Source of the DNA: an uncultured Muribaculaceae bacterium
GTDB lineage: Bacteria; Bacillota_I; Bacilli_A; RF39; UBA660
Length of the DNA stretch: 38,095 bases
Direction of reading: 5' to 3'
Assembly (NCBI GenBank): GCA_964438315.1
Contig: CAYTKH010000003.1
Span: forward strand, 1 to 38,095
Made by a program: the position numbers and the translations under genes. The notes under the pieces are model-generated. The model searched no databases. It was not told the DNA's origin and saw only the letters and a program-made list of their open reading frames with translations. This document shows, piece after piece, positions 17,909 through 26,549 of the stretch; the stretch's first letter is position 1, and every line of letters begins with the position of its first letter.

Positions 17909-18556
17909 GTGAAAAAAAGTATAATAGATTATTATGCAATTATTATGTTGGTATTGTATTTGTTTTATAATATTGGATTAAATTCTTTAAAAATAGGTGG
18001 CTTACTTTATCAAATAATTATGATTATCTTAATTATTGTAAATGCAGTAATATTGATTATTTTAAAAAAAGATATTAAATATAAGGAATCAATTTGTATT
18101 ATTTATTTTTTTACATGGTTATTTTCTAAAAATATACCTCAGTGCCTTTTTAATTTTTCTAACATAATTGTATTAATTGTTGTTGGTTTAACAGAAAGTA
18201 AGTTTTTAAAAGAATTTGCAATTATAATTACACTTATTGTACTTATATTCTTTTCACCATTATTCTTTGCTTTTCTTTTACATTTTGGTACAAGCATGAG
18301 TGAAGAAGTAGGTAGAAATGATATTTATGAAGATACGCATTACTATTGTAAAAATAATTATGAAATTTATTCTTATTCACTAGGTGCTATAGATAAATTT
18401 CATTATAGTATAGGTAAACATTACGAATTTTTAGATATTGATGATATAATATATATATCTTATAATGAACGAAGAGAAGTATCTCAAGAAGAGTATAATA
18501 ATTATTTAAATAATCATAAATGCAAATTGGTTGGTGATATGAATGGATTTAAATAA
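17909..18556 (+). CDS. Multi-pass membrane protein, unknown function
   Basis: GTG start after AGAAGGA; several hydrophobic helices; overlaps the next gene. Confidence 0.65.
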   Translation: MKKSIIDYYAIIMLVLYLFYNIGLNSLKIGGLLYQIIMIILIIVNAVILIILKKDIKYKESICIIYFFTWLFSKNIPQCLFNFSNIIVLIVVGLTESKFLKEFAIIITLIVLIFFSPLFFAFLLHFGTSMSEEVGRNDIYEDTHYYCKNNYEIYSYSLGAIDKFHYSIGKHYEFLDIDDIIYISYNERREVSQEEYNNYLNNHKCKLVGDMNGFK

Positions 18557-19418
18557 AATATCCAATTTTATAAAAGAAAAAAGAAAGAAATTAGGAATTA
18601 CTCAAGATGAATTAGCTGAAAAGCTATTCGTTACTGAAAAAGCTATTTCAAGATGGGAAACAGGAAGAGGGACTCCAGATATATCTTTACTTCTTCCATT
18701 ATCCCAAGAACTTAATATAGATGTATCAGAATTATTAAATGGAGAGGAAAATAAGAAAAGTAAAAATGAAGTAGAAAGATTAATTGAATATAACGAAATT
18801 ATTAAAGCAAACAAATATAACTTTCAATTTAAATCAACTATATTCTTTTATATATTGTCTATATTGTCTTTCTTGGTTTATTTAAAATTTGAATATAACC
18901 CCAATATAGAAGTTAATTATTTTATTAGATTATTAATTATAGTTCTTGCTTCTATATTTGTAATTATTGGTAATAAAATATATAGTAATAACTATGTTGA
19001 AAAACTAGAAGATAAAAAGAAAGTATTAAAACTTTCTCGTGTAATAGTATTTATATATTACGTAATCTTATTATTTAACATGACTGTATTTGCTAGATAT
19101 AACAATATTAATAGTTATAATTTAATTCCATTTAAATCTATAATTGATACATTTAAAAATGAAACAACATACTCAATTATTATAAATATATTTGGAAACT
19201 TGTGTATATTTATGCCATTAGAATACTTCTTAATAGAATTATTTAAGGTAAAAAGATTTTTAAATAGTTTAATATTATCATTTAATATTATCTTATTAAT
19301 AGAATTACTACAATATGTGTTTAAGATTGGAATATTAGATATAGATGATTTAATATTATGTACTTTTGGTATGATGATATTTTACATTATATATATAAGA
19401 ATTAGAAAAGATGATTAA
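18543..19418 (+). CDS. XRE-family HTH fused to a VanZ-like membrane domain
   Basis: IKEKRKKLGITQDELAEKL.VTEKAISRWETGRGTPD (XRE HTH); NLIPFKSI...NIFGNL..FMPL...IELLQ...DIDDLIL (VanZ). Confidence 0.85.
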   Translation: MDLNKISNFIKEKRKKLGITQDELAEKLFVTEKAISRWETGRGTPDISLLLPLSQELNIDVSELLNGEENKKSKNEVERLIEYNEIIKANKYNFQFKSTIFFYILSILSFLVYLKFEYNPNIEVNYFIRLLIIVLASIFVIIGNKIYSNNYVEKLEDKKKVLKLSRVIVFIYYVILLFNMTVFARYNNINSYNLIPFKSIIDTFKNETTYSIIINIFGNLCIFMPLEYFLIELFKVKRFLNSLILSFNIILLIELLQYVFKIGILDIDDLILCTFGMMIFYIIYIRIRKDD

Positions 19419-19748
19419 AGCTCATAATTATTTAAGCCATCATTATGGCATGCCCAAAAAATAATCCAAATTAAGATTTTCCTAGTTTTTAATTATTATA
19501 AAATTATATATGTTGGAAGTCTAGCCAATTTCTTAGAGATAAAAGATTTAGAAAGTTTTATCAAATATATTAAAAGCAAATCAAATTTTCTTAAAATGCC
19601 TTTAAATTGGTGTAAAATTGATAATTATGTCTTTACTTTAAAATTATCTACAAACTGTTTTAAGTTTTAAAAGTAAAGACATTTTTACTAATTATTAACA
19701 ATTATGTAGAATGAATTAAGTAATTATAGTTAATATCTTCAAATATGT

Positions 19749-19808
19749 TATACTATATGTATGATGAAGTAGGAGAAGTAATTTGACTAAAATATAACAA
19801 TACACCTT
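19749..19808 (+). repeat. Degenerate copy of Rhs segment 10825-10884
   Basis: TACTATATGTATGATGAAG(t/c)AGGAGAA...AATATAACAATACACCTT; contains an in-frame TGA. Confidence 0.75.
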
Positions 19809-19809
19809 T

Positions 19810-20097
19810 TCTATAAACAATTTTTTATGCTAATCCAAATGTTAATTCTGCAAAAGATTCTGCTCCAATATATCCAAATTTTTCCATTCTTATCTTCATT
19901 CATAATAAATAATATATCAGTTTTGGTTATATTTTCAAAAAATTCCTTGTGTACACTGGGATAAAGTTGCATAAAATTTCTTTTTCTATTGCTTTTGGAT
20001 AATCTAATACTTCATAATTATTATCAGAAAATTTTTGTTTCCAATAGTTTATATTATCTTGTAATTTAGCATTGCTTACAATTACCACTTTCTGCAT
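19810..20097 (-). pseudogene. Nucleoside 2-deoxyribosyltransferase-fold pseudogene B
   Basis: Joined frames read MQKVVIVSNAKLQ...DILFIMNEDKNG..GYIGAESFAELTFGLA*; two frameshifts and a stop. Confidence 0.55.
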
Positions 20098-20109
20098 TAT
20101 AGTTCTTCT

Positions 20110-20449
20110 TTACAATTTAATTATTTCTTTTAAGTTTTCATCATCAGTACCTACTAATCTAACAATACTAGGTAACTTATAGAAATTAACTGTATTTCAA
20201 TACTAAATTCTTCTTTAGTTTCAGAACATAAGAATATTTTTTTGTTTAATGTTATTCCTATTCCTAATTCAATATGAGTTTCTCTTCCTGTTGGTAGTAA
20301 AATAATGACAACATCAGAATCAATAATACCTTGTTGTTTTGATTTAGAATATTCTATTAAATCTTCAATTGTTTCATTTCCATTAATATTTTTGAGTAAT
20401 AATTAACTAATTTACAATTTTTCATTCCTGATCCTATATAAAATTTCAT
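20110..20449 (-). pseudogene. Nucleoside 2-deoxyribosyltransferase-like pseudogene A
   Basis: MKFYIGSGMKN...(frameshift)...GIIDSDVVIILLPTGRETHIELGIG..LNKKIFL...*NTVNFYKLP; RBS GAAGGAAAG. Confidence 0.65.
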
Positions 20450-20499
20450 TTCTTTCCTTCATTTATCTTTTAATTATGGCAAATTCGCCATAATTGTAT

Positions 20500-21525
20500 T
20501 TACCCGTTTAACTCAAAGTTTTTCTTTTCTTCTTCAACGGCACTAATCAACTCTTGTTCTGTTGGCATATGCAATTTGTATTCCGAAGAAAATATTGTTT
20601 TATTATCTTCTGGTAAAGTATATTTTACAACAGTTTTGTTTTTCAATGTTGATAATAAAATTCCAACAGTTGGGTTTTCATCACTGTTTTTTATTTCTCT
20701 ATCATAGTAATTAACATACATTTGCATTTGACCAATATCTTGGTGACTTACTTTACCAATTTTTAAATCAATTATAACAAAACATTTTAAAAGTCTGTTA
20801 TAAAAAACTAAATCTGGATAAAAGTGTTCTTCGTCTAGAGTTAATCTTACCTGAGATCCTACAAACATAAACCCTTTTCCTAATTCTAATAGAAATTCCT
20901 TTAAATGTTCCAATATATTTTTTTCTAAATCAGTTTCTAAATAGTCTGTATTTTCTTTAATATCAAGAAATTCTAAAACAAATGGATCTTTTACTAAATC
21001 TCCACCTGACTCTAAAACTTGACCTTTTTCAGCAAGTTTTAAAATCTTTTCTTTATCAGTAGATAAGGCTAATCTTTCATATAATAAAGAGCCTATTTGC
21101 CTTTGAAGTTCTCTAACACTCCATCTAGTATTTATACATTCATTGAAGTAAAAATTCCTTTTATTATTTTCTTCTATTTTTATTAATTCCAAATAATGCG
21201 ACCAACTCAATTTGGAAGACACTGTCTTCCAAATTGGATATATTAAATAGAATTTTCTCATAGTTCGCAGATTTCTTGAGGAAAAACCTTTCCCAAATTC
21301 ATCTGTTAATTTTTCTGATAATCGATCAAGAACGGAATCACCATAACTTGCTCTTTCATCACCTTGTTGAATTTCCATAATTGCTTTTCCTATATTCCAA
21401 TAAAGATTAAGCATTTCAGCATTTACAGCACTATATACTTTATTTCTACTACTAATAACTAATTCTTTAATATTATCAAATATATTATTGATTTCATTAC
21501 CATTTTTAATTAATTCATTGTCCAT
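20500..21525 (-). CDS. YhcG/DUF1016 PD-(D/E)XK nuclease-domain protein
   Basis: YWNIGK, GKGFS.RNL..MRKFY, LSWSHY, KDPFVLEFL, FLLELGKGF.FVG.Q, DLVFYNRLLKCFVIIDLK, GQMQMYVNY. Confidence 0.92.
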   Translation of the reverse strand: MDNELIKNGNEINNIFDNIKELVISSRNKVYSAVNAEMLNLYWNIGKAIMEIQQGDERASYGDSVLDRLSEKLTDEFGKGFSSRNLRTMRKFYLIYPIWKTVSSKLSWSHYLELIKIEENNKRNFYFNECINTRWSVRELQRQIGSLLYERLALSTDKEKILKLAEKGQVLESGGDLVKDPFVLEFLDIKENTDYLETDLEKNILEHLKEFLLELGKGFMFVGSQVRLTLDEEHFYPDLVFYNRLLKCFVIIDLKIGKVSHQDIGQMQMYVNYYDREIKNSDENPTVGILLSTLKNKTVVKYTLPEDNKTIFSSEYKLHMPTEQELISAVEEEKKNFELNG

Positions 21526-21575
21526 TAATTGCCTCCATTCTTTAATTTAATCATAAGATTTCTTATGTCTAAATT

Positions 21576-21609
21576 ATACTATATATGGTAAAATACTATA
21601 TATGGTAAA
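21576..21609 (+). repeat. 17-bp perfect tandem duplication
   Basis: ATACTATATATGGTAAA twice, in the divergent intergenic region. Confidence 0.8.
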
Positions 21610-21723
21610 AATTCGCTATACTCCCATTGAATTTTTATGACAATTCCTATATAATATTTTATAAAGAGAATAAAGTTCGTAACTTGTATGTGATTTGCTT
21701 TTATATTGAAAGTGTTACTTCCT

Positions 21724-21873
21724 CAATTTGAATATTGGAATTATCTAAGTTGTAAAGGATTAAAGAAATTTGTAGCCACTTTGATAAACAATGAAACAGG
21801 GATGTTTCAAAAAATGGGAATTATTAATAATTACTATATAACTGTTGTTTTTGATGAAAATTTTGATAATTGA
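21724..21873 (+). pseudogene. Orphan toxin C-terminal stub, family of 14570-15145
   Basis: QFEYWNY...ATLINNETGMFQKMGIINNYYITVVFDENFDN* aligns with INLINNGAFLCQEMDIIKQYYITINFDY. Confidence 0.75.
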
Positions 21874-21932
21874 ACTAATATAAACTTTAAAATATGAAAT
21901 TATGTTGTAAAGAGAGGAAGTTATAGAGGTAT

Positions 21933-22601
21933 ATGAAAAATAAATATAAGTTATGGATAATAGAAGGCTATTTTCTTTTGGTATTCATTTTAGCCCTATC
22001 AAGTAATTTTAAATTTCATTATTTCTTCTTTTATTTTCTATTATATACTGGTGTATTACTACCTATATTTTTTCCTATATTTTTAATTGCCAGTGGAATA
22101 TTTGAAAAAAATAGAAAATGGATTACTGGCTTAATTTTAATTACTATAGAAGTGATTGTGATTATCTTGATAATGTTATCAATGTCTTCACCTATAGAGA
22201 CAGTTGTAAGCAATCTAAATTTAAATTTATATGATTCTAAGATTGTTTCAGATAAATCAACAAAAGGTTTTTTTGGAGATGGTATGTATTATATAGTTAT
22301 AGATTGTAAAAAAAGTAAAGAGAAGATTTCAGAGCAAATTAGTAATAGTTGGAAATCACTTCCATTTACAAATAATTTAAATTTAATAATGTATGAAGAA
22401 AATAATTATCATTATCATTTAGCACAAGACATAGTTCTTCCAAGAATAGAGGATGGTTACTATTTATTTGTAAATAGACATTCCAGTGCAAAAAGCAAAT
22501 ATCAAGATGACGACTTATTTGACTATCATTCATTTGATTTTACTTTAGCTATTTATGATATAAAGACAGCTTTATTATATTATTTTGAATATGATACTTA
22601 A
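21933..22601 (+). CDS. Membrane-anchored putative immunity protein
   Basis: Three N-terminal TM helices; GFFGDG motif; C-terminal FTLAIYD...LYYFEYDT; follows a toxin stub. Confidence 0.65.
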   Translation: MKNKYKLWIIEGYFLLVFILALSSNFKFHYFFFYFLLYTGVLLPIFFPIFLIASGIFEKNRKWITGLILITIEVIVIILIMLSMSSPIETVVSNLNLNLYDSKIVSDKSTKGFFGDGMYYIVIDCKKSKEKISEQISNSWKSLPFTNNLNLIMYEENNYHYHLAQDIVLPRIEDGYYLFVNRHSSAKSKYQDDDLFDYHSFDFTLAIYDIKTALLYYFEYDT

Positions 22602-22640
22602 TAAAAATAGAGACTATCTTTTTAAAAAGTTCTTCTATAA

Positions 22641-22781
22641 ATTTATAATGGCTATTCCAATTTAGAGGAACTTAACTTTTGGTTGAGTATAATAAATAAC
22701 ATAGCTTATGTTTATCAAGAGTTAGGATTTTTAGGAAATTATAGATTTTATGTTAATTATAGTTTTGTATATGAAGAATAA
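22641..22781 (+). pseudogene. Orphan toxin C-terminal stub, same family
   Basis: ...LSIINNIAYVYQELGFLGNYRFYVNYSFVYEE* shares the INN-x-A-xxx-QE-x-G-xx-xx-Y pattern; its end resembles the 16075 stub (YSFTYKEEE). Confidence 0.75.
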
Positions 22782-22799
22782 ATAGTTTATGGAGGTAAT

Positions 22800-23315
22800 A
22801 TGAAAGAAAAACATAATAAACTTATTAATAAGTGGTTTGTTATTATAAGTATCTTATTAATTTTTATTATTTTAATAGTAGTATCTTGTTGTTATGAAAA
22901 ATCAATAAGTTTATATATGAATTTCAAAGTGATTTTTCCAGAACCTAATAAGATTGAAACAATATATTATGATAAAAAAATGGGGGCAACAACTGTTGAA
23001 AAATGGACATATAGTCCTAAAAAAATGGCAAAATTTATGAAAAATAAAGATGTAAAAAAAATAGATGTTGATAAGGTTAATCAAATATTTGAAATTTTGG
23101 TAGAAAATGTAAGTTGGTTCAAAAATTACATTGAGATTGATAAAATTTTTGATAAAAAGTTAATTAACGAATCTAATTATTATGCAGTAAAAGTGGATAC
23201 AAAAAATGGTATTACAGAGGATGTTTTTAGTGCCGATTTTTGGTATCGACCTGCTTATTTCATATTAATAGCAGATGTTGAAAATAATGAAGTTTATATC
23301 TTTGAATCTTTTTAA
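22800..23315 (+). CDS. Membrane-anchored putative immunity protein, paralog of 16146-16607
   Basis: GGAGG RBS; N-terminal TM; motif blocks shared with 16146. Confidence 0.65.
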   Translation: MKEKHNKLINKWFVIISILLIFIILIVVSCCYEKSISLYMNFKVIFPEPNKIETIYYDKKMGATTVEKWTYSPKKMAKFMKNKDVKKIDVDKVNQIFEILVENVSWFKNYIEIDKIFDKKLINESNYYAVKVDTKNGITEDVFSADFWYRPAYFILIADVENNEVYIFESF

Positions 23316-23331
23316 TTCATAAGAAAAACAT

Positions 23332-23379
23332 ATAAAAAATGTTAAAAAGTAGTATATTTAAAATATATTACTTTTTTTT
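23332..23379 (+). repeat. Near copy of the tsf stop/terminator region 4379-4425
   Basis: AAAAATGTTAAAAAGTAGTATATTTAAAATATATTACTTTTTTT vs AAAAATGTTAAAAAGTGATATATTCAAAATATATTGCTTTTTTT. Confidence 0.8.
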
Positions 23380-23680
23380 AACTTATTAAACTAAGAAAGG
23401 ATGTATTTTATAAAGCAATGATTAAAAAATATATTGTGTTAGATTTTAAATAATTAAGTAATAGTATTTAAGTACAATATTTTTGTATAACAACCATTGT
23501 AGATGTTTGGTACTTGTTTATGATAAATTTTTTTTTAGTTGTATGTTGTATCAAATATTATATTAATATTATTTTGTTTAATAATTATTACAAAATGGTA
23601 AGTAGTGCTAAATTTCTTCAAAACCTGAAGAAATTTTATATTTTCTTAAGCCTTAAAAGAACTTTAAAAAAAGCACGTTC

Positions 23681-23723
23681 ACCTCCTTTATCAATTCAAA
23701 AAAATTTGGAATTGATAGGAGGT
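23681..23723 (+). promoter_or_regulatory. Hairpin sequestering the sigma-gene ribosome binding site
   Basis: ACCTCC-tt-TATCAATTC...GAATTGATA-GGAGGT; anti-SD pairs with the SD 5 nt before the ATG. Confidence 0.6.
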
Positions 23724-23728
23724 AAAAA

Positions 23729-24226
23729 ATGAAAAATTTTCCAAAGAGAAGAAAAGACAAAAATAATCCTTATACATTGGGATTTAATGAAAATACAAAC
23801 AGTTATACAGTTACATTTATCGATTCATTAAGAAATATACAAACAATCGATATTACATATGAATTATATCTTGCATTTAATCAATTTGAATTAAATGATT
23901 TATCATTTATGAATGAATATGATAGGCATATTGAACATTTAGAACAAACAGAGGCATATCTTTATCAAAAATCCATCAAAGAACATATTGATATAGAAGA
24001 TGAAGTAATTAAGAAAATTACATATCAAGAATTAAAAAAAAATATAGAATCTTTACCTGATATTCAAAAGAGAAGACTAAAAATGTATTTTTTTGATGAT
24101 TTGAATTTAAAGCAAATTGCTGAAATAGAGGGTTGCTCCATTCGATCTATTAAATATAGTATTGATATAGCAATTGAAAAATTATCAAAAAATAAAAAAA
24201 TTCAAACTTTTGACTTCAAAAAATGA
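23729..24226 (+). CDS. Sigma-70 region-4 (ECF-like) regulator of the type found on mobile elements
   Basis: PKRRKDKNNPYTL...NEYDRHIEH...IESLPDIQKRRLKMYFFDDLNLKQIAEIEGCS...AIEKL (region 4 HTH). Confidence 0.85.
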   Translation: MKNFPKRRKDKNNPYTLGFNENTNSYTVTFIDSLRNIQTIDITYELYLAFNQFELNDLSFMNEYDRHIEHLEQTEAYLYQKSIKEHIDIEDEVIKKITYQELKKNIESLPDIQKRRLKMYFFDDLNLKQIAEIEGCSIRSIKYSIDIAIEKLSKNKKIQTFDFKK

Positions 24227-24536
24227 TTTTAACTGAGGAATATAGTGAAGGGGATTACTCTCCTTCATATATTCCTTATTTTGTTCTTTGACAGTTGAAC
24301 AAGAATAGTTGAATACGTTCTTAATATATCGGTTAGACAAGCACTTTAACAAGTATGTTTACGAATAATATTTGATTATAAATATTAAGTAGCTGATACT
24401 TCTACTAAAATGCTAGCTATTTAATAGAGATGTAACTATGGAATTGATTCATAATCAATTGTTCAACTATTAGAAAAATTTAGAAAATATTTATGCAATA
24501 AGTACTAAATTCATAAAAAGGAAAGGACGTGGAAAT
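24204..24536 (+). ncRNA. Conserved structured leader, copy 2
   Basis: Homologous to 4533-4893; hairpin 24235-24277, TTGTTCTTTGACAGTTGAAC 24281-24300, closing stem 24304-24315/24460-24471. Confidence 0.65.
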
Positions 24537-25115
24537 ATGAATGGAACTAATTCAGGAAATTTTTCGATGGAGGATATTTATTTTAAAGATGCATTTACAA
24601 AAACAGGAGATAAATTAAATTTAGAGGTGAATGATGTAATAATAGACTCTATTATTTCCAAAAATAACAAATTCAGTTTGGATGAAGAGGGTAATTTAAT
24701 TGTAAAAACATTATCAACAACAGGTGGACTATCAAATATTACAGAAATAGTAAATTTAATATATCCTGTTGGTTGTATTTATATATCAGTAAATAATGTA
24801 AACCCATCTACTTTATTTGGGGGAACATGGGAACAAATTAAAGACAGATTTTTACTTGCTTGTGGTGATACTTATACGAGCGGTACTATTGGTGGAGAAG
24901 CAACTCATACTTTAACTATTTCTGAAATGCCTAGTCATGGTCATAAGGCAACTTATAGTCCATCGGCAGTTGGTACTGGGTGGGAGAGCTATAGAACTGG
25001 TAATAGTACTACTAGAGGATTAAATGACTATTTAAATGCCTATACTGGTGGTGGACAAGCACATAACAATATGCCACCTTATTTAGCAGTTTCTATTTGG
25101 AAAAGAATAGCTTAA
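24537..25115 (+). CDS. Phage baseplate gp10-C-terminal / needle-like protein, copy 2
   Basis: N-terminal ~55 aa nearly identical to 4894; YPVGCIY...NPSTLFGGTWEQIKDRFLL...GGEATHTLT..EMPSHGH...GGGQAHNNMPPYLAVSIWKRIA. Confidence 0.82.
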   Translation: MNGTNSGNFSMEDIYFKDAFTKTGDKLNLEVNDVIIDSIISKNNKFSLDEEGNLIVKTLSTTGGLSNITEIVNLIYPVGCIYISVNNVNPSTLFGGTWEQIKDRFLLACGDTYTSGTIGGEATHTLTISEMPSHGHKATYSPSAVGTGWESYRTGNSTTRGLNDYLNAYTGGGQAHNNMPPYLAVSIWKRIA

Positions 25116-25176
25116 TTATTTGAATGTATAATTTATTTTCTAAATCATCTTTTAATGAAATGGAATGGAGGTAAAA

Positions 25177-25479
25177 ATGTTAAATTTTATATTAAAATAT
25201 TGGATAGAAATTTTGTTTACATCTTTAACTTCGGGAATCATATATGTAACAAAGGAATATTCAGGCTTAAGAAATGGCCTTCAATCAATACTTAGAAATG
25301 AAATTGTAAGAATATATGAAACATATTCAAAATTGGGATATTGCCCAAGTTATATGAAAGAAAACGTTAGTAAAATATATGTAAGCTATCACAAGTTAAA
25401 AGGAAATGGTATGGCTACTGCTATGATTAATGAAATATATAAATTACCAAATACAAAGGAGGAAAAACATGCAAAATAA
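25177..25479 (+). CDS. Phage lysis-module holin-like protein with one N-terminal TM
   Basis: GGAGG RBS before ATG 25177; GLQSILRNEI...Y..LGYCP...YxSYHKLKGNG pattern common upstream of endolysins. Confidence 0.6.
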   Translation: MLNFILKYWIEILFTSLTSGIIYVTKEYSGLRNGLQSILRNEIVRIYETYSKLGYCPSYMKENVSKIYVSYHKLKGNGMATAMINEIYKLPNTKEEKHAK

Positions 25480-25660
25480 ACTAATAAAACAAATTTGTGA
25501 ATTATTAAAAGTAAAATCAATTATTACTCTTATATCTTTTATAGCATTTTTTAATCTATCTATGACTTCAAAATTAGATACTGATAACTTTATGTTGATA
25601 CTAGGAATGATTACAACTTATTTTTTTAATAAAGAAAGAAGTGACTCAAAAGATGAATAA
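25469..25660 (+). CDS. Small two-TM holin-like protein
   Basis: AAGGAGG RBS before ATG 25469; [10 protein letters not shown]...[11 protein letters not shown], charged tail; overlaps the endolysin start. Confidence 0.65.
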   Translation: MQNKLIKQICELLKVKSIITLISFIAFFNLSMTSKLDTDNFMLILGMITTYFFNKERSDSKDE

Positions 25661-26549
25661 AAGAAGAGCAATAGATATTTCCTCTTATCAAACAAATGTA
25701 GATTATAATAAGGTTAAAAATGATGGTATAGAAATGGTTATTTTGAGAGTTGGTTTTACTGGATATGGTGTAATGAAAACGAAACAAAAAGATAAAATGT
25801 TTGAAAAACATTACAAAGGATTTAAGAATGTAGGAATACCTATTGGAGTATACTGGTATTCTTGTGCTTATACAGAAAAAGAAGCCAAAGAAGAAGCTAA
25901 AAAAGTTTTAGAATATATCAAAGAAAAAGAAATTGAATTACCTATTTTCATAGATGTCGAAGATAACCATGATACAACTAAGATAGGTAATGCAAAGCAA
26001 AATCAATATAGTTTAGGAAAAAAACAATTGACTAAAGTTGTAAATGCTTTTTGTAAAACGATTGAAGAGTCTGGATATTATGTAGGAATATATGCTAGCA
26101 CATATTGGTTAAATACAAAATTAGACATGAATGTTTTAAAGAAATATGATATTTGGGTTGCTCACTATAATGTAAATAAACCAACTTATAAAGGAAAATA
26201 TGGAGTTTGGCAGTATACTTCTAAAGGAAAAGTAAATGGAATTAATGGAAATGTAGATTTTGATTATATTTATAAAGCATATCCAGATATTATAAGAAAA
26301 AAAGGTTTAAATAATATTACAATTAAAGGTAATAATAAAGTTCAAGATTATAACCAAGTACAAAGTAATTATAAAAAACAAGATATAATTTATATTGTAA
26401 AAAAAGGGGATACTTTGAGTGGAATTGCTAAAAAATATAATACTACATACCAAAAACTCGCTGAATATAATAATATTTCCAATCCTAATTTAATTCTAAT
26501 TAATCAGATAATAAAGATTCCAAAACCAACTACTAAGAATATTATATAG
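25653..26549 (+). CDS. GH25 muramidase (endolysin) with C-terminal LysM, no signal peptide
   Basis: [41 protein letters not shown]; Lys[14 protein letters not shown]; alternative start GTG 25641. Confidence 0.92.
   Translation: MNKRRAIDISSYQTNVDYNKVKNDGIEMVILRVGFTGYGVMKTKQKDKMFEKHYKGFKNVGIPIGVYWYSCAYTEKEAKEEAKKVLEYIKEKEIELPIFIDVEDNHDTTKIGNAKQNQYSLGKKQLTKVVNAFCKTIEESGYYVGIYASTYWLNTKLDMNVLKKYDIWVAHYNVNKPTYKGKYGVWQYTSKGKVNGINGNVDFDYIYKAYPDIIRKKGLNNITIKGNNKVQDYNQVQSNYKKQDIIYIVKKGDTLSGIAKKYNTTYQKLAEYNNISNPNLILINQIIKIPKPTTKNII

Noticed and set aside
19420-19720. Possible pseudogene in the gap after the HTH-VanZ gene
   Set aside because: Only short broken frames with no motif I could recognise
4533-24536. 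CRISPR array or diversity-generating retroelement explaining the repeats
   Set aside because: No regularly spaced repeats, no cas or reverse transcriptase gene, and no template/variable repeat pair with adenine-specific differences
23729-26549. Intact prophage or tailocin
   Set aside because: Only a fibre-tip gene and lysis genes are present; no integrase, terminase, capsid, tube, sheath or tape measure in the window. A remnant origin remains possible.
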